Both the position numbers and the translations under genes were made by a program. A stretch of DNA of 56,122 bases, filler included, from Sphacelaria rigidula (taxonomy: Eukaryota), in the NCBI GenBank assembly GCA_964200075.2. It is 2 parts of 2 records of this genome, joined end to end, with 100 filler letters (N's around TTAATTAATTAA, not from the genome) between each part and the next. Parts side by side here need not be neighbours in the genome. Positions count along the whole stretch, not along the records: positions 28,148 to 56,122 come from CAXNAA020000106.1; 1 more part is not named here. The stretch is one strand, 5' to 3'. This document shows, piece by piece, positions 50,601-56,122 of the stretch. Every line of letters starts with the position of its first letter. Positions within the stretch are counted from its first letter, which is position 1. The notes under the pieces were generated by a model. It was not told the origin of the DNA, searched no databases, and worked only from the letters and a program-made list of their open reading frames with translations.

Positions 50601-53600
50601 GCCCCGGGCCTCCCATGACGGGCGGCCCAGGAACTCCCATTGGCGGTGGTCCGTGACCCATAGGAGGTTGACCGTGGCCTACCATTGGGGGTTGCTCGTG
50701 CATAATCGGCCCGGTGCCTATGGGATGACAAAAACGATAGGCATCAGCGGTGAGTATGGCATGTAACTAGGATATTTGACCACGAGATGGAACGACTGAT
50801 GGCACTCAAAACGGACTTGTCACCTGGGTTCTGCCTACGGTAGTACTGGCACTATCGAACTGCTGCTGCCCCGACGCCTACCTCTTCCTCTGAACGATCC
50901 TCCGCCGCCTCTTGCGCTGTCGCTCGGCACGGCGGGAGCTCGATCATATCTGCCGTGCACATAAACCAAGGCACGCGATACAATGTCAATTCAAAAGTAG
51001 GCAGTCACAGCTCACTGGGGGATCTCGACACAAAACAAAATGACGATGGGGCACGCTTCTGAGCGTTTCCTCCACTCTACACTAGTGCAGAACAAGAATC
51101 CGTCATTTCTACTTCTATGCGGGTGAGTTCAACGCTTTGCATCGTCACCTTCCACCCGACGCTTGGTGGCTCCTGCTGTCTCGCGTGTTGTCGAAGGAGC
51201 CTCGATCCCTACCCCTCATTCTATCCCTGTCATCCCGCCCACGGTCCCGGTCTCGCGAATCGTTGCGCCCATGTTGATCCCTGTCGCGAGAGGAGCCACG
51301 GCGAGGATCCCTCTCGCGGATACTGTCGCGACCTCGATCTCTGTCCCGCGTGCTGTCGCGGCCACGCTCCCTCTCCCGGCCAGCATCGCGATCTCTGTCA
51401 TGGTCTCTATCACGGTCTCTATCACGGTCTCTATCGCGGTCTCTGTCACGATCCCTGTCCCTGTCACGTAAAGAGTCACCGCCGCGGTAGCTCTCCGAAT
51501 CACCGCCACGGTTTCTTTCCCGAGAGTCGTCCCGCCCGCGCTCTCTGTCACGCCTCGTGCCACCGTTGGCGCTATTGTCTGCGTCCCGCCCCCGAGCATC
51601 CCACTCCCTTTCTTTTCCGGCAGACCGGTCCCTCTCCCTGCCTCTGTCTCTTTCGACACCACTAGCTCTGTCGCGCTCTCGATCCCGTGAGGTGTCTCCG
51701 TTCGTACCAGACCTTGCCCAATCCCGGCTCCTGCTCCTGCTCCTGCCTCTAGGTCTGCTCGTGCTTCTACTGGCGCTTCTCGTCCTGCACGCCGTATCCC
51801 CGAGCAATGTATTCGGTGCATATTGCGGAGTAGTCAGCGTGACAATGGATATCGAAGCGTCTCACAAAAAAAAAAGAGGGGGTGCAACCACCCGCAGAAA
51901 GTGAGCTCAAAATACTGCACCACTTTTTGGGACCTTGTCAACCCTTAGACTGCTGCCCCATCAAGATGAACTCAGATGGATTGTCACACTTAGGGTTCAG
52001 ATCAGTTATTTTATCGCTACACAATACGCCTTTTTTCATGACCATGTAAATATTGGGCATCTAATTAATGTAAAAAACAGTCCGGAGGAACCCTGATCGC
52101 TTTTGACCCTGCAGGCGATTGCTTGCAGAGTCACTGTGTGCTGTATGTCTTCGCTGGATACAACAGCACGACACAGTCAGCGTGCCATCGCTCTCCACTA
52201 AGCGGTCTACTGCAAACTGTTGGTGCTTCTGCTTGATGCTCCACACCAACACAATGTGAAGCTATGCTGGCAACACAAAAGGGGCCAGGCAGGTTGGCAA
52301 AGACCATGAGCAGAGTAAAAAGCATGTTATTTGTTCCCATGTTATCTATGCTTAACTTGTCGAGGCCAAAATGAGAAACACGGCTAGAGAGCGAGGTAGT
52401 TCATCTGTAGTCGATTTACAGGGGAACAAAGTGACCATTGTGATGCTGTGGTTTGTCAAAATGGTTACTCTGCCCTCTCTGGCCTCATTCTGCAGATTTC
52501 TCCGTGGGAAACTTTCAAGCACACATGGTTGACTTGGTGAGCTTTTCAGTTGTTCTGCGAACAGGCCCTAACCCCTCTGTCAAAAACCACCCCTTTCCAC
52601 CCCCTGGAAACCTCCGGATATCCCTGGATTGTCAACCGGTGAAACTGTTCCTAGGCGACGCTCGCTGTCTATAGGCATCTTTGAGCCAGCACAACAACGC
52701 GACGACAGCAGCTCCTCGACACCCAAGCTTAAACCTACAAACACCCATCAAACCAATTGCGGCCATGACAGTGCAGTTGTACTGTTGAATTTACCCGCTG
52801 ACAGCCAGTAAACAGCAGCGCGGTCGCCATCGAGTACGGATGATATGATGTGACATACAGCGCAATATCCAAGCATTCAGGACGTGCGCCAGCATTGCCT
52901 TGAAAATACCACGACTGCTGTACGAGTAGCAAGGCAAAGTCGTCGTCTACGTGCATCGCAGAAGTAGTGGTAGACAGAGTGCACGACTTCCTTGCGCATG
53001 GCAGCACTACCGCCTACTCAGCCGAGCGAAGCGTACACACATAAGAGGCCAGCATAGTTGATCAGGTGTTCTCCCGTACTGATTTCCATACGAAGGCTCA
53101 CTTTCCACCTGTTTATGTGAATTGGCGTTCTGTGTCGCTTGAAACATGACAGTTGCTAACCCAAAGTTGAATACGGGCTATTTTGGGCAACATTTGGGGG
53201 CGGGTCGTCAGGGATCGATCGCGGTGACAGGGTTACTTCGACCATGAGCATAGGTCATCGATTGAATCAGCATGACTGCATGGCCAGATGACCTACCCTC
53301 GCGGTCTATGGGTTGAACCGATACAAATTCCCTCGCATCGCGGAGTACCGTACAGTACACTTCAGTACAGTACAGTAGTGACGGGACCAACTACAGTAGA
53401 GGACGTAAACATGCCGCGAAACAGTACAGTTCAGGGTACCCCGCACCCTGGATTTGAACCAGTGAACTTGCAATGTACATTATATTGATACGGTGTTGCT
53501 TTCTTACGGGCTACGCCGTCGGCCTCGCTTGCTGGGCCTTCTGCTTTCGCCGTCGTCGTCGTCGTCGTGATCATCGTGGCCATTCTCGCTGCCCTCGCGC

Positions 53601-54200
53601 CCAACAATCCTGCTCGCCCCGAAGTCGTCCACACCGTCGATCACCTAAGTTACGAACAGCAATCCCCGAACTTGAGTAAAAATACAAACGAAATGCAGCG
53701 AGCTCTCCATCGGCGATTTAGTCACCAAGATGGTTTACGAGTAGAGTTCCCGCCTATGGAGGGCATCACGGAGGGGGTGCGGAAACGAGGCCCCTGTACA
53801 ATACAGAGGCAGTACCGCAATGTGCTGTAGTGCCTGAACAGACAGTAAGAAACAGCGATCGATCAATATATTAATGCCGTTTGTACACTTGAGATAAAAC
53901 ACGATACCAGAACGTCTCACGGTGAAATTAGCGAACCACAACATACGGACGCCTTACTTCGTCGGCAGCATCCTCTTCGCCTGCAACAATATCATCGCCG
54001 CCAGCTGTTCCCTCCACAGTATCCACTGTCTCCATCACGCTGGCTGCCGACGCTGGCGTCTCAGACGGGAGGGTGGTAGCAGGCTCGGTGGCTGGCACCT
54101 CTGCGGGAGGCAAAGAAACAACACCGTTGCCTTCTGGCTTGTCACCATTCTCATTCTTCTCCTCAACTCCATTTTCAGCCATCTGGATATCATCCGCCAT
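41602..54200 (-). CDS. SRRT: SERRATE / ARS2 (arsenite-resistance protein 2), nuclear cap-binding-complex RNA effector, 18 exons, ~1160 aa
   Basis: Phase-consistent GT-AG exons: 54200-53958, 53644-53508, 51784-51149, 50949-50882, 50717-50404, 49649-49527, 49213-49058, 48756-48610, 47224-47105, 45587-45401, 45152-44935, 44617-44432, 44215-43970, 43673-43593, 43245-43168, 42887-42578, 42210-42038 and a tentative last exon 41673-41602. Diagnostic motifs: MITFKAFM...RYEDYKADY...HRKEEWFQERYHP, an RRM-like segment, DLVCAYLKRVYFYVYY, the C2H2 finger RCNMANCNKLFKAPEYVHKHLINKH, and C-terminal RSLVSYVDVDAP. Confidence 0.93.
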
Positions 54201-54539
54201 GTATCTCCTTAATTTGGCAAGTGGTGCAAGAGAAAGCACGCGTGAAATCCAAACCTCGAGGAGCGCCCTACGCACCCAAGGGTTAATCTGGACATCCGTT
54301 GATATATGTCTTCTTCCAGAGAAAATGAGCGACAATACCTCCACATCAGCCAAAATATCACCTGTTGAAACTCGCGGTACAAGAACAAAGATCCTTGTTG
54401 TCCTTGCAAGTACAAGTATAAGGCAAACCTGAAATACCAAGAGTGTCTACCGTACAAGCACTTATTGGCCATCACCTTCCACCTTTAATCGATCGTCAAC
54501 AGAGAGAAATTAGAGCAACATCCAGCTAAATCCAGTGAC
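54201..54539. promoter_or_regulatory. Putative bidirectional promoter and 5' UTR region between divergent SERRATE and SPAG1-like genes
   Basis: Only 339 bp separate the two divergent ATGs (54200 on minus, 54540 on plus). Confidence 0.55.
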
Positions 54540-54875
54540 ATGGCAGAGCTCGGAGATCTTCTGACTGGAGGATCCGAACGCTCCAAGGTGGGACAACCCG
54601 AGTAGCAGTAGTGTTACAGCATCTATGCAGGATGCTCCCTGCAACATGACTGTACTCCACACCCTGCACTCCACCCCCACTACGCACCCACTAGCTGTTT
54701 TACTATGATGTGGCATATGTGTCGCCTTTCTTTGCCGGTTGCGCACGAGCAGGAGGTGGCGGTGGAAATGTTGGACTACGATTTCCTCGATGAATGCGTC
54801 GACACGGGCCTGATGAGGGCCATTGTTCGAAAGCTAAGATCGGGAGAGGAAGGGTACTATCCCCACCTCCTCAAG
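54540..54875 (+). CDS. SPAG1: SPAG1-like (sperm-associated antigen 1 / dynein assembly TPR co-chaperone) gene, first two exons; continues beyond the window
   Basis: Exons 54540-54587 (MAELGDLLTGGSERSK|gt) and 54753-54875 (EVAVEMLDYDFLDECVDTGLMRAIVRKLRSGEEGYYPHLLK|gt). The LDYxx(I/L)xxC...LRSGEEGYYPxL motif is characteristic of the SPAG1 N-terminus. TPR domains are not in the window. Confidence 0.68.
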
Positions 54876-55279
54876 GTGCAGGCACAACTACTTCTTCGCG
54901 CAGGTCTATTCGCGGTGGAACCACCTTTCATTTTTTTTGGCTCTCGGCACGTTACAACATGTGAAATCGATCGATCTCTTCGCTCATATTGACATGATAC
55001 AGTGTTGTCGTCCCACTTACAGTATGGCAGTTCAGTGCAGTACGGAGCAACCGTACATCAGTTGTGAACGGTAGTCAGTAGCAACCACTGGGTCATAGAG
55101 ATTGATCGCAAGCGTCTCCACGGACCCTGCCCCATTGTCTGTCGGCCTTTATTAGGTCACACAAGACCCATTTTCCAGGGGAACATACCCCTCGAACTTG
55201 ATCTCAGTGCCTCATTCATTCAGATGAAGTCGTTTTGCTCACAGTGGGAGCTCGGCTGCAGGGCAGTTCTCCGCTATTC

Positions 55280-56122
55280 CAGAAAAAAGTCTCGAGGGCT
55301 CAACTTAGACTGAAATGGAAGGGGGAAATATTTAGACATCTTCCGACTGGAAATGGGTGGAGACGTCGAATTCGAGGTACTTTTTGAGACTATAACCCTT
55401 CCTTCTTTAGAAAATGACTGTTGAAACAATTGCACTGCCAATTCGGGATATTCAAGGCATGTTCAAAGAGTCAACGCTACGATATCTAATTAGAGGAGCT
55501 AGAGTAAATCGAGGAGGTTTCAGCACATCGACCGACGGATCCTGACCATTTGATTCGAATTTAGAACAATACGTCGCCTAATATTGCCCAGCTGTTGTTT
55601 CGGCTGTCTCAGTACATTCGAGAACTCATCAAGAGTCGAGAATTTACTACATAGCACGTACGACTAAATAGAAAACATGGATCGCATATTGACATGATGT
55701 ATCATGTGGAGGTTGGACTCATGGTCTTTCCAGGGATAGGAAAGTAGCCGTCTCCGGGGGTGATATCCACCGTTTTGTCCTTCAACATATATGAAGCAAA
55801 GAGCCATAACAAAAAGCCATACTACTTTGGATAGGTTGTGGGCTTTCTCTCAGTAACGATCACGTGGTCAGCTTCAATATTTTCGCGTCACAAATGGCTC
55901 AAACGTCGGATAACATCCACTTTTCCGCTGAGATTTTTTCTGGGAAGCGATGGGTCGATTTCATTTCCGGAACGCGAATTCTAGGAGAAGGGGGGACCCT
56001 TTCTACGATAGCGCCCCCCAAACAAGTGCATGGTTTTGGGAGGCAACATCTTCACGTGAATCGAAATGGAAAAGCCGAGCACAACGAGAAGCTGGGAATT
56101 CCCAGCTTGGGTTCGTTCTAGC
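55280..56122 (+). repeat. Long non-coding dispersed repeat, copy 2 (no SINE; intron of the SPAG1-like gene)
   Basis: Same colinear blocks as 38190-39760. Confidence 0.7.

Noticed and set aside
51117..51904. Several overlapping 100-200-aa ORFs
   Set aside because: Alternative-frame and antisense read-through of the repetitive RD-coding SERRATE exon.

Overview
Intron-rich eukaryotic genomic DNA, probably from a brown alga or related stramenopile. This is inferred from the GT-AG introns, dense small repeats and gene and TE content, and was not checked by any database search. Five spliced protein-coding genes could be assembled by hand: (1) a minus-strand gene in which each of four phase-0 exons encodes one 57-60-aa beta-propeller-like repeat (3111-9137); (2) the 3' part of a paraoxonase/arylesterase-like gene (minus, 22541-27692); (3) a ~1240-aa plus-strand protein with 12 TRAF-type zinc fingers around a LamG/concanavalin-like domain that appears split by a ~424-aa insert (29691-36524); (4) an 18-exon SERRATE/ARS2 gene (minus, 41602-54200); (5) the first two exons of a SPAG1-like gene, head-to-head with SERRATE. 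The rest is TE debris: two tRNA-derived SINE families, LINE fragments (one carrying a probable solo LTR), piggyBac-like and hAT-like MITEs, and other dispersed repeats. An artificial N44-TTAATTAATTAA-N44 linker at 28048-28147 means the two halves may not be truly adjacent. Most ORFs in the supplied track are spurious.
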